Shown here one piece after another: positions 28,253 to 37,291 of a stretch of 64,000 nucleotides of DNA. A program made the position numbers and the translations under genes. Source of the stretch: Deltaproteobacteria bacterium. GTDB taxonomy: Bacteria; Myxococcota; Kuafuiibacteriia; Kuafuiibacteriales; Kuafuiibacteriaceae. The notes beneath the pieces are model-generated. The model had not been told where the DNA came from. It did no database searches and was given only the letters and a program-made list of their open reading frames with translations. Within the stretch, counting starts at the first letter, position 1. Every line of letters starts with the position of its first letter. Location of the stretch: NCBI GenBank assembly GCA_040218735.1, contig JAVJQW010000041.1, positions 96,001 to 160,000 on the forward strand, given 5' to 3'.

Positions 28253-29824
28253 TCAGAACCGCCCGGAGACGCCGAACAGCGCCGTCGGTCCGCCGTCGAG
28301 CGCCGCGTCGTCGAGCCCGTCGTCGTCGTCGAGCCAGAACCACACGCCGAGCCCGGTGCCGGCGGCGGCCACGCCGGCGCTGACGATCGTGCCGATGACG
28401 AGGCGGTCGTAACGCGCGGAGAGATCGATCGCGCGTTGTTGGATGTCGGTGGCTTCGAAGTCGCGTTTGGTCTTCGCCGCGTAGACGCCGAGCCCGACCG
28501 CCGCCGCCGTCGCCGCGGCGCCTACGCCGAACGCGATCCACGAGCGTAGCGGGGGGCCGTTGTCGGTGCGCTCGTAGACGACCGCGAGGTCGTCGGTCGG
28601 TACGGAGACCATGCCTTGGGAGTCGACGAAGCCGCGGTAGTACGTGCGTCCGTACGGCGCTGCGAAGAGCGCCTTGCGGTACGTGTGGTCGACGCCGCGC
28701 GACGCGACGGTGATGCGCTTGCGCTCGCGGAGGTCGAGGACGATCGGTTCGGCGCGGGAGAACAGCGGCAGCTCGAACGACGGTGTGCGGAGGAACGCCT
28801 TCGTCTTCGCGGGGAGCACGAAGCTCAAGCGCTCGCGCGGCGCGATGTGTGCGTCGAGGTAGCGCTGCCCGTTCTCGAGCTCGACGTGGAAGCGCCCGAG
28901 GTGCGTCGGGTCGCCGCGGACCTCGACGACGTCGCGCACCTGGTCGAGCGCGATCCACGCCGCGCGCCGGTGGATCGAAGGCGGGAGCGCGATGACGTTG
29001 GGTTTCGCGCGCGGATCGTCGACGCGGCTGTTGGCGCTGGAGACGAACGCGACGAGCTCGGAGTACTCGACCTGACGGTCACCGTTGACGTCGGCCGCGC
29101 CGAGCGCGCCGGAGAGGAGCTCGTGGGTGAACACACCGGATTCGATGCGTGACCATTCGTGAGCTTCGCGCCCCTCGGAGGTCGCGACGATCGCGCCGAC
29201 GTTCGGGAAGCGCGCGAGGGACCCGGACTCGATGACCGCGCGTGCCTCCGGCGCGGCGACGGCTTCGCGCTGGGCGTCGACCGTACGACCGAACGGGCCG
29301 CGCGCGCCGACCATCGCACCCGCGTTGCAGGCGTCGATCACCACGTGGACGACGGTGGCGGGCCAGCGCGCGAGGACACGATCGTAGAGGTGCTCGCGCG
29401 TGAGCAAGCCGTCTTGCAGGGCGAGGTACGGTGAGCCCTCGGGTGTCGACGCGCCGTGGCCGGAGAAGACGAGGTAGACGGTGGTGCGCTCGCCCTTGGC
29501 GTCCGTGATCGCGGCTTCGATCTGGCTGACGGCGCGTTCGAACGCTTCGACCGTCGGCGCCTGCGCGACGGAGGCGGCCTTCTCGTGGCGCTGCTGGGTG
29601 TCCTTGTCGAGCACCGACAGGAGCCACGCGTCGTCCGCGATACGGGAGAGGAGTTGGTAGAAACGCACCGCGTCGTCGTCCGCGAAGCGGAGCTGCTCGA
29701 GCGTCGTGTCGATCGTGGGCGGCGCGTTGTTGCCGACGACGAGCGCAAACGTCTTCGCGCTTGCGACGCGGGGGAGCAGCGCAATGAGGAGCACGAACAC
29801 AAACGGTGGGAGGAGGCGTCTCAT
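28253..29824 (-). CDS. Exported caspase-family (peptidase C14-like) protein
   Basis: Signal peptide, FALVVGNN, LRFADDDA, FSGHG (His), IDACNAG (Cys), GVFTH..LSGALGAAD; C-terminal hydrophobic segments. Confidence 0.85.
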   Translation of the reverse strand: MRRLLPPFVFVLLIALLPRVASAKTFALVVGNNAPPTIDTTLEQLRFADDDAVRFYQLLSRIADDAWLLSVLDKDTQQRHEKAASVAQAPTVEAFERAVSQIEAAITDAKGERTTVYLVFSGHGASTPEGSPYLALQDGLLTREHLYDRVLARWPATVVHVVIDACNAGAMVGARGPFGRTVDAQREAVAAPEARAVIESGSLARFPNVGAIVATSEGREAHEWSRIESGVFTHELLSGALGAADVNGDRQVEYSELVAFVSSANSRVDDPRAKPNVIALPPSIHRRAAWIALDQVRDVVEVRGDPTHLGRFHVELENGQRYLDAHIAPRERLSFVLPAKTKAFLRTPSFELPLFSRAEPIVLDLRERKRITVASRGVDHTYRKALFAAPYGRTYYRGFVDSQGMVSVPTDDLAVVYERTDNGPPLRSWIAFGVGAAATAAAVGLGVYAAKTKRDFEATDIQQRAIDLSARYDRLVIGTIVSAGVAAAGTGLGVWFWLDDDDGLDDAALDGGPTALFGVSGRF

Positions 29825-30426
29825 CGCACCTCAAGCTCGCGTCGCACGACGGTCACGCCCGGGCCGCCCGCGAGGTCGTCGCCGACGGCCGCTTCGATCT
29901 CGTCGCGGGTCATGGCGTCCTTGGTGAACACACCGAACACCGTGTACGCGCCGGCCGGGTGTTCGTCGCCGAGGCGGATGGCCGTGGCCACCACCGCGGT
30001 CTCGGCGCCCAGCGCGGCGGAGCGGGCGTCGGGGGCGGGGAGGTACCAGATGAACGTGCCGTCGGGGCGCTTCGCGAGCGCGGCGAAGTGCGGCGCACCC
30101 TCCGGCGGGCGCGCGTCGAACAGGAGCTTCGCGCCGGTGGTGCAGGGGCCGGTCTCGGCGCCGGTTACGCAGTGGGGACGCAAGACGGCTTCTTCGCCGC
30201 CGCGGCTGCCGAACTCACCGGAGTCGGGCAGCGCGACGAAGAGGAAGGCGGCGGCCGCCGCGGTCGCGATGCCCGACAGTGCCCCCCACGCGACGGGCCG
30301 CCGCCACCACGGACGCGGGGCGACGTCGCTCGCGATGCGATCGAACAGGGCCTCCGTCTCGAGGACGGAGGGTTCGTCGCGTCCCGAGAGCAATCGGGCC
30401 AGTCGGGCTGAATCCTCGCGCGTCAT
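29821..30426 (-). CDS. Putative anti-sigma factor (single TM)
   Basis: Directly downstream of an ECF sigma gene; short N-terminal domain, TM helix, FGSRG motif, extracytoplasmic domain. Confidence 0.65.
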   Translation of the reverse strand: MTREDSARLARLLSGRDEPSVLETEALFDRIASDVAPRPWWRRPVAWGALSGIATAAAAAFLFVALPDSGEFGSRGGEEAVLRPHCVTGAETGPCTTGAKLLFDARPPEGAPHFAALAKRPDGTFIWYLPAPDARSAALGAETAVVATAIRLGDEHPAGAYTVFGVFTKDAMTRDEIEAAVGDDLAGGPGVTVVRRELEVR

Positions 30427-30492
30427 GGTGCCTCGGTGGTCCCTACGTGAGGGACCTTCGGTTGGGCCGGTCGGACGGAGAAAAACATCGCC

Positions 30493-31101
30493 TCACCAGG
30501 AAAGTTGCCGCTCTTCCAGCCACTTGGCCAGCCCGGAGAGGGCGCGGCCCTCCAGCGTGCGGACGCGGCGGCGGGTGACGTTCATCCGGGCGGCGATGTC
30601 GGCCTGGGACAGCTCCTCCTCGAAGCGAAGCCGTACGAATTCGGCGAGCTCGGGGTCCTGGGCGGCGACGAACGCGCGGGCGGCCTCCGCGAGGCGTTTG
30701 AAGTCGAGCGCGGCTTCGGTGTCGTCGGGCTCGGCGGGGCGGAGGAAGGCGTCCTCGACGTCCTGACCGTCGTCGGGGTCGAGGGGGACCTCGCGACCGC
30801 TCTTGCGGGCGCGGTCGATGAGGACGTTGCGGGCGATGCGGCGGATGAAGGGGCCGTAGGGGCGAACGCCGTCATATCCCTTTCTGCCAGACTCGGAGAA
30901 CGCCTTGACGAAGACGTCCTGGGCGACGTCGAGCTGGGTCTCGGGGTTGGACTCACCCGGGATGCGTTTGCCGTCGACGGTGAAGCCGAAGCGCACGATC
31001 GCCACGACATCCTTCACGTAGGCGCGGTAGACGCGCTCCAGCGCATCTCGCTTCCCCGCACGGAACGCGTCGAGGAGCTCGCGATCCCGTTCCAGCTCCA
31101 C
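30493..31101 (-). CDS. ECF RNA polymerase sigma factor
   Basis: Region 2 DVAQDVFVKAF...IARNVLIDRAR and region 4 LSQADIAARM HTH. Confidence 0.9.
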   Translation of the reverse strand: MELERDRELLDAFRAGKRDALERVYRAYVKDVVAIVRFGFTVDGKRIPGESNPETQLDVAQDVFVKAFSESGRKGYDGVRPYGPFIRRIARNVLIDRARKSGREVPLDPDDGQDVEDAFLRPAEPDDTEAALDFKRLAEAARAFVAAQDPELAEFVRLRFEEELSQADIAARMNVTRRRVRTLEGRALSGLAKWLEERQLSW

Positions 31102-31151
31102 GGGCGGTCTTTAGCACGGCTCGTCTTCGGGGGCGCTATACTGGCCGGCGC

Positions 31152-32834
31152 ATGAAGCGGTGGTTGGCCGGAGCGTTCGTCCTCGCGTTTGCCTGTTCGG
31201 GCGGCGACACCCCGGCCGGCGGGTGCCGCTTCGACACCGACTGCGAAGGCGGCCAGCTCTGCTACGCGACCGAGTGTGTGCCAGCGACGCGGTTTCGTTG
31301 TGGCTCCGGTCGGGCGCCGGTCGCGACGGCCGAGCCGGCGTCGCTGGACTTCGGCGTGCTCGACGAGGCGCCGAAGACGCTCGACATCGTGGTCCGCAAC
31401 GAAGGGGACTGCATCCTTCAGATTCAGCAGTCCGAGGTCCGCGGGGACCCGCGTTTTTCGTGTGAGGGATGCTCGAGCTCGGAGCTCGTCGACGTGCCGC
31501 CGGACCGCACGGCGTCCTACAAAGTGACGATAGAACCCGGGCTGTCGGGGACGGTGACGGGTGAGCTGGTGTTCACGACCGACGACCCCGAAGCGACCGA
31601 GCTCGTGGTGTCGCTGACGGCGATGTCCGAGGGGCAGTCGCTCATGCGCGTCAGCCCGCTGGCGTTGGACTTTGGTTACGTGCCGGTCGGGGACTCGAAG
31701 ACGTTGGTGGTGCAGGCGATCAACGACACCGAGGGGACGGCGCAGCTGGAGATCGTGAACGCGTACCTCGATCCGTCGGACGGTGCGTTCTCGCTCACGA
31801 CGACGCCTTCGCTGCCGACGACGTTGGTCGCGGCGCGCGTGGATCCGGCGGCGCGCGCGGCGCTGGCGGTGACGTTCGCTCCAGGGATGGACGCCGCGCA
31901 CACGGCGAACCTCCGCGTGGTGCCGCGCAACGGGACGCCGATCGACGTGCCGCTGGTGGGCGCGGAGCTGCCGCCGGTGGTGATGTCGAACCCGGGTTCG
32001 ATCGACTTCGGGAGCGTGCGGATCGGCCAGCAGGTCGGCGCGCGCATCACGCTGCAGAACACCGGGATGTCGCCGCTGATCGCGTCGCACGCGTTCGCGA
32101 GCATGGGCGCGGCGGGTGAGATGACGACGCCGCGCGGGCTCCCGGCGGCTCTGGCGCCGGGCTCGGTCGTCGAGCTGAACGTGCTCTACGCGCCGACGCG
32201 CGCGGGCGTGGCGAGCGACGTCATCACCATCTCCACGAACGATCCGGTGCGCCGCACGATCACCGTGCCGGTGATGGGGACGGGGGAGGCGAGTGGGCAG
32301 GACATCGTGCGGGTCGACATGACGTTCGACAACGACTCGGACAGCTTCCTCGACTTCGACCTCCGCGACGTGGACCTGATCCTCGAGAGCCCGGTCGGCC
32401 AGATCGCATCGAAGGCGATGCCCGGCCCGAACTGGGGCACGTACGGGCGCCCCACCTGGGCGGGCACGGCGCCGAAGGAGAATCCGGAGCGCATCATCCT
32501 GCCGGACGCGATGGAGGACGGCCGCTACGCCGTGAGCGTGAGTTACGTCGAGGACTGCAAGACGCTCCCGACGGCGCTGACGGCGTCGCTCCTGGGCATC
32601 GGGACGGACGCGCTCGTCGACTACCTCTCCGACGGCGAGGTCCCGCTCGACCCCAACCAAGTCGCCGCCGCGGTGAGCACCGCCTGCGCCGAGCGCGGCT
32701 CGACGAACGTGGACATCGCGATCTACGTCAACGGCGCTCCGGCCGGGACGCGAAGTGTGCGTTTGGCCCAGAAGGGTGAGTTGGTGGAAGCCGCGGCCGT
32801 CGTTCGCTCGAATGGTTTCTTCTCGGTAGAATGA
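31152..32834 (+). CDS. Lipoprotein with tandem choice-of-anchor-D/ASH-type Ig-like domains
   Basis: AFACS lipobox, Cys-rich N-terminus, three P.SLDFG...N.G...TNDP repeats. Confidence 0.8.
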   Translation: MKRWLAGAFVLAFACSGGDTPAGGCRFDTDCEGGQLCYATECVPATRFRCGSGRAPVATAEPASLDFGVLDEAPKTLDIVVRNEGDCILQIQQSEVRGDPRFSCEGCSSSELVDVPPDRTASYKVTIEPGLSGTVTGELVFTTDDPEATELVVSLTAMSEGQSLMRVSPLALDFGYVPVGDSKTLVVQAINDTEGTAQLEIVNAYLDPSDGAFSLTTTPSLPTTLVAARVDPAARAALAVTFAPGMDAAHTANLRVVPRNGTPIDVPLVGAELPPVVMSNPGSIDFGSVRIGQQVGARITLQNTGMSPLIASHAFASMGAAGEMTTPRGLPAALAPGSVVELNVLYAPTRAGVASDVITISTNDPVRRTITVPVMGTGEASGQDIVRVDMTFDNDSDSFLDFDLRDVDLILESPVGQIASKAMPGPNWGTYGRPTWAGTAPKENPERIILPDAMEDGRYAVSVSYVEDCKTLPTALTASLLGIGTDALVDYLSDGEVPLDPNQVAAAVSTACAERGSTNVDIAIYVNGAPAGTRSVRLAQKGELVEAAAVVRSNGFFSVE

Positions 32835-32896
32835 CCCACTCCGCCTGATCCGTCTCCGCGCCCCGCTGCGTACGTGGCGTGAAAGGAGACACCACA

Positions 32897-33211
32897 ATGA
32901 AAAAACTCTTCATCTCGGTCGCAGCGCTCTTCGCGGTCTGCGGCAGCGCCGAGGCATTCGCAAAACCACCCACCTGCAAGGCCTTCACGACCCACGTCGT
33001 GACGATCATGGAGCGGGACATGAAGGACGACTCGATGTTCACGAAGTCCGACATCCCGGAGCTGGTGAAGCTGTGCGGGAAGGTCGGGAACCTGCCCAAG
33101 CACCCGAAGACGGTGGCCTGCGCGATGGCCGCGAAGGACGCGAAGGCGCTGTTCGGGTGCCGGCCGAAGGTGAACAAGGTGATGGGGCCGTGGCTGAAGG
33201 CGGGTAAGTAG
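32897..33211 (+). CDS. Small secreted Cys-containing protein
   Basis: AAGGAG SD, signal peptide MKKLFISVAALFAV..AEA, four Cys in the mature part. Confidence 0.7.
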   Translation: MKKLFISVAALFAVCGSAEAFAKPPTCKAFTTHVVTIMERDMKDDSMFTKSDIPELVKLCGKVGNLPKHPKTVACAMAAKDAKALFGCRPKVNKVMGPWLKAGK

Positions 33212-33215
33212 GAGA

Positions 33216-33268
33216 GGGGCCGGATCGGGTTCGGGGCCCGAGTCCGAATCCGAATCCGAACTTAGCCC
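33216..33268. terminator. Imperfect hairpin with CCGAAT hexamer repeats between convergent genes (possible terminator/REP-like)
   Basis: GGATCGGGTTCGGGG can pair with CCCGAGTCCGAATCC; CCGAGT-CCGAAT-CCGAAT-CCGAAC tandem. Confidence 0.4.
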
Positions 33269-33269
33269 C

Positions 33270-33989
33270 CTACTCCACGTTCAGCTCCGGATACGCGCGG
33301 AAGATCCCGTCCGCGTTGAACGCCAGCCTCCGCGGCGACGCCAGATACGCCGCGACCCGCTCCCTCGCGCGCACCAACTCCACCACGTCCGCCCACCGCG
33401 GCCGCTCCACCGCCGCGAAGCCCTTCGGGAACGCAAACGCCAAGCCCTCCGCGAGCTGGAACAGCGCGAGGTCCACGTACGTACAAACGTCACCGAGCAC
33501 GAACGGCCCACCGGACCGCTCCAACACACGCTCGAAGTACGCCGTGTAGGCCGGCAGTCGCTCCCGCACGAACGCGGTCGCCGCCGCGATCGCCTCCGTC
33601 TTCTGGTCCTCGTAGTACAGCGCCGTCGACACCGGATGGTGCGTGTCGTGCGCCTCCGCGAAGACGTCCATCACCGTGAGCATCAGCTGGTTCAGCTGCC
33701 ACGGGACGTGCTCTCCGGGCGGCAACAGGTCGTACCGCTGCGCGAGGTACATCAGGATGTTCGCCGTCTGCGCGATGCGCAGCGTCCCATCCTCGAGGAT
33801 CGGCGGTGCATAAGGCAGGAACCCATCCACCTCCCCGCGCCGGTACGCGAGGATCGAGGCGAACCCACCGCCGTCTTCCTCCGGCAGGCGCGCGACGTCC
33901 ACGTACGCGAGCCCCGCGTCCTCCAACAGCAGGCGCACCGGCTCCCCGCGCCCCTGCAGGACGGGCCAGTAGATCAGCCGGAGGCTCAC
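33270..33989 (-). CDS. Glutathione S-transferase
   Basis: LIYWPVLQGRGEPVRLLL, APPIL, AQTANIL; GTG start overlaps the upstream stop. Confidence 0.85.
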   Translation of the reverse strand: MSLRLIYWPVLQGRGEPVRLLLEDAGLAYVDVARLPEEDGGGFASILAYRRGEVDGFLPYAPPILEDGTLRIAQTANILMYLAQRYDLLPPGEHVPWQLNQLMLTVMDVFAEAHDTHHPVSTALYYEDQKTEAIAAATAFVRERLPAYTAYFERVLERSGGPFVLGDVCTYVDLALFQLAEGLAFAFPKGFAAVERPRWADVVELVRARERVAAYLASPRRLAFNADGIFRAYPELNVE

Positions 33990-35362
33990 GCCCCGTACCG
34001 CGACTCCAACATCGCGTAGGCCGCGCGCACGCCCATGGCTTCGCCGCCGACCGGGCGGCCCGGGCGGTTCTCCAGGTTGTAGGCCATCAGGTCGACGTGC
34101 GCCCACGCCGTGGAGCTCGAGACGAACGACTCCAGGAACAACGCCGCCGTGATCGCGCCGCCGTAGCGCGAGCCGCCGACGTTGTTGATGTCCGCGATCG
34201 TGCTGTCGAGCGAGCGTTTGTAGGGCTGGTGCAACGGCATCCGCCACAACAGGTCCCCGGTCTTCTGACCCGCCGCGAGGAGCTCGTTTGCGAGGTCGTC
34301 GTCGTTGCTGAACAACGCCGGCATGTCCGTTCCCAACGCGACCCGGGCTGCGCCGGTCAGCGTCGCGAAGTCGAGGATCAGCTCCGGCTTCTCGCTGTCG
34401 GCCTCCGCCAACGCGTCGCACAGGATCAGACGCCCCTCGGCGTCGGTGTTGCCGACCTCGACCGTCAGGCCCTTGCGGGTCTGCAAGACGTCTTGCGGGT
34501 GGAACGCGTTCCCCGCGACCGAGTTCTCGACCGCCGGCACCAACACACGCAGCCGCACGTTGAGCTTTGCGTCCATCACCGCGCGCGCGATCGCGAGCAC
34601 CATCGCGGCGCCGCCCATGTCCTTCTTCATGAGCAGCATCCCCGACGAGGGTTTGATGTCGAGGCCGCCGGTGTCGAAGCAAACCCCCTTGCCGACCAAC
34701 GTCACCTTCGGCGCCGCGGCGTCGCCCCACACGATGTCGATCAGGCGCGGCGCGTCCGTGCAGGCGCGGCCGACCGCGTGCACCGCGGGGTAGTTCTCCG
34801 CGAGGAGCTTGTCGCCGACGATCACCGTGCACTTGGCGCCGAACTCCTTCGCGAGCGCCTTCGCCGAGTCGGCGAGCGCGGTGGGGCCGAGGTCACCCGC
34901 CGGCGTGCTCACGAGGTCCCGCGCGTAGGCGGTCGACGCCGCGAGGCGCTCGACCTTCGCCTGGTCCGCCGCTTCCGGCCACACCAGGGTGCCGAACTTC
35001 GTCGACGACTTCTTGTAGCGATCGAAGACGTATGTGCCGAGCGCCCACCCGAGCGCCGCGTCGTTCGCCGCGGCGTCGTCGAGCGACTTGTCGAACGCCC
35101 ACCTCCCCGAACCGAGCGCCGCCGGGAGGTGCGCGTAAGGGAACGGCGACCCGTCCGGCTCCACGCCGACCACGACCGCCTTCACCTTCTTGTCGCCGCT
35201 GTAGATCTTCGCGATCTCACCCTGTCGGCCGGAGAAGTCCTGCGCGCTGACCCAGCCCTTCACGGTCGCCTTCTGCGATCGCAGCCAGGATCGGAACCCC
35301 TTCGGGCTCACGACGGTGATGGTCTTCGTGCTCTTGGTCGGACGGGGAGCGAAATGGTTCAT
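33986..35362 (-). CDS. Leucyl aminopeptidase (M17 family, PepB-like)
   Basis: VGKGVCFDTGG, MKKDMGGAA, NTDAEGRLIL, DFATLTGA. Confidence 0.95.
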   Translation of the reverse strand: MNHFAPRPTKSTKTITVVSPKGFRSWLRSQKATVKGWVSAQDFSGRQGEIAKIYSGDKKVKAVVVGVEPDGSPFPYAHLPAALGSGRWAFDKSLDDAAANDAALGWALGTYVFDRYKKSSTKFGTLVWPEAADQAKVERLAASTAYARDLVSTPAGDLGPTALADSAKALAKEFGAKCTVIVGDKLLAENYPAVHAVGRACTDAPRLIDIVWGDAAAPKVTLVGKGVCFDTGGLDIKPSSGMLLMKKDMGGAAMVLAIARAVMDAKLNVRLRVLVPAVENSVAGNAFHPQDVLQTRKGLTVEVGNTDAEGRLILCDALAEADSEKPELILDFATLTGAARVALGTDMPALFSNDDDLANELLAAGQKTGDLLWRMPLHQPYKRSLDSTIADINNVGGSRYGGAITAALFLESFVSSSTAWAHVDLMAYNLENRPGRPVGGEAMGVRAAYAMLESRYGA

Positions 35363-35410
35363 CGCCGACCGTACTAGGTCAGACCGAGGTTTCTGTAAAA
35401 CGAGCCCGAC

Positions 35411-36520
35411 TCACTCACACGCCGGGAGCGGCGCCTTCCCCGTCGCCTCGCGACACTCACCGAGCTGATCGAACGACAGGAACGACGGCGCGCGACGCGC
35501 CCAACGCACGATCTCCTCGGGCCCCTCGTGCGACCAGACCCGCCGCACCGACCGCCGCGCTTGCCGCCCGCACGCGACGTCCGCCGCGATGCGTCGCGCC
35601 GCGTCGACCGGCGCCGGCTCGACGACCACCACCAGCGAAGCGGCCTCCGTCTCCGTGACGAACAGCCCGGCCTCGCGCAGCGCCGCCGCGTAGATCTCGG
35701 CCCGCGGATCGAAGCCCGCGCGGTGCACCACCCGGACGTCGTAGCGCGGCGTCGCGAACCGCGCGGACCAGAAACACACCGAGAAGATCGCCACGCCGAC
35801 CCACACGAACAGCCCGCGGGTCGCGAGGCGGCGCGAGCGCGGGAACGCCACCGCAGCCACCTTCGCCGCGAAGCTCGCCGCGAGGTGAAGCCACAGCCAC
35901 ACCGAGGTGAGGAACGTGCTGTACACGTAGATCCCGGCCGCGTCGTAGTTGAGCGTCGCGGGCGGCGTCTGGAACGTGAGCCCCGCGACGAAGATCGACC
36001 ACGCGTCCGACAGCGTGAAGCTCGACGCCGTGAAGCACCCGACCTCGATCATCACGCGCTCGCCGAGGAGCGGCAGCACCAGCTTCGCCCCGAAGTAGAT
36101 CGCGCCGAACGCCACCGCCATCGTGAGCACCGCGTCCAACACCAGCCACGCCAGCCACCCCAACGGCCCGCGGTGACGCGTGATGCGCCCGATGACCCAG
36201 CGGCTCTGCACCAGGGACAGGTAGTCCGGCACCCAGTTCGTCACGACCGTCGCGCCGCCGTAGACCAGGAGCAGCCACCGCGTTTGCGCACCCCACAGCG
36301 TCCCGACGCCCTCGAACCGCAGGTGGCGCGAGAGGGTGTCCTTGTCGATGACCCACAGGGTCGCGAGGATCAGCAGGCTCGCGCAGGAGACGAGCACCGA
36401 CCGCGAAAAGCTCGGGAGCACGATCCCACGCACCGTTCGGACCCGGAAGAACCGGTCGAAGCCCGCTACGAACGCCTCGACCCCGGACTCGGGGCGCAAC
36501 TCACCGTCTGCGAAACCCAT
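35411..36520 (-). CDS. Multi-pass membrane protein
   Basis: About 5 hydrophobic helices with NWVPDYLSL motif, soluble C-terminal tail. Confidence 0.7.
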   Translation of the reverse strand: MGFADGELRPESGVEAFVAGFDRFFRVRTVRGIVLPSFSRSVLVSCASLLILATLWVIDKDTLSRHLRFEGVGTLWGAQTRWLLLVYGGATVVTNWVPDYLSLVQSRWVIGRITRHRGPLGWLAWLVLDAVLTMAVAFGAIYFGAKLVLPLLGERVMIEVGCFTASSFTLSDAWSIFVAGLTFQTPPATLNYDAAGIYVYSTFLTSVWLWLHLAASFAAKVAAVAFPRSRRLATRGLFVWVGVAIFSVCFWSARFATPRYDVRVVHRAGFDPRAEIYAAALREAGLFVTETEAASLVVVVEPAPVDAARRIAADVACGRQARRSVRRVWSHEGPEEIVRWARRAPSFLSFDQLGECREATGKAPLPACE

Positions 36521-36568
36521 GGAGAGGTTGTACGCATCAGCGCCGAGAACGTTCCCCGAAAAAACCTA

Positions 36569-37291
36569 TCAGACGCGCTCGACGTGTTTGGCCAGGAGCC
36601 AGCCGGTCGTCCCGTCGGCGTTCTGGACCTCGAGCCAGCCGGCCTCTTCGCTCACGACGCGCACCCGCGCCCCCGCGCGTGCGTCGCCGCGGCTCTCGTA
36701 GCGGGCGTTCGGACCGCGCTTCAGGGGCAGCGATTCGAGCACCACGCCCCGGCCGTCGCGCGCGACGACGACGTGTCCGGCCGTCAGCGCGAGGAGGACG
36801 AAGGTCAGCACCCCCGCGACCGTCGTGAGGGCGCGTTTCTTCCGCCACGCGAGGAGCGCGACCCACAGCGCGTTCAACACCAACAGCGCGATCAGGAGCG
36901 GCACGCGGGGCAGGGGCGCGACGATCGGCTCGACGACGTCCGCGAGCCCGAGCTGCTCGGGCACCTCCTCGGCGTCGCCGAGCATCTCGGCGCGCACCGC
37001 GGCGAGGTTCTTCTTCACGTCGCCGTCGTGCGGCGCGAGGCGCAGCGCGCGTTCGTAGGCGATCACCGCGTCGAGGTGGCGGCCGTCCCGCGCGTAGGCG
37101 TTGCCGAGGTTGAAGTAGACGTCCTCGTTCTTCGCGCCGCGCTCGAGCACCGACGCGTACAGCGCGATGGCCCCGGCGCGATCGCCGGAGAGCGCGCGGT
37201 CGTTCGCCGTCTCGAAGTCCTTCGTCAGCTCCGCCGGGCCCGCGAAGGCGGGGGTCGAAGCCAGCAACAGGCCCAGCACGAGCGCTCTCAC
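36569..37291 (-). CDS. batE: BatE-like TPR + SH3b protein
   Basis: Signal peptide, YFNLGNAY TPR, two TM helices, C-terminal GWLEV...GTTGW SH3-like; last gene of the bat operon. Confidence 0.8.
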   Translation of the reverse strand: MRALVLGLLLASTPAFAGPAELTKDFETANDRALSGDRAGAIALYASVLERGAKNEDVYFNLGNAYARDGRHLDAVIAYERALRLAPHDGDVKKNLAAVRAEMLGDAEEVPEQLGLADVVEPIVAPLPRVPLLIALLVLNALWVALLAWRKKRALTTVAGVLTFVLLALTAGHVVVARDGRGVVLESLPLKRGPNARYESRGDARAGARVRVVSEEAGWLEVQNADGTTGWLLAKHVERV

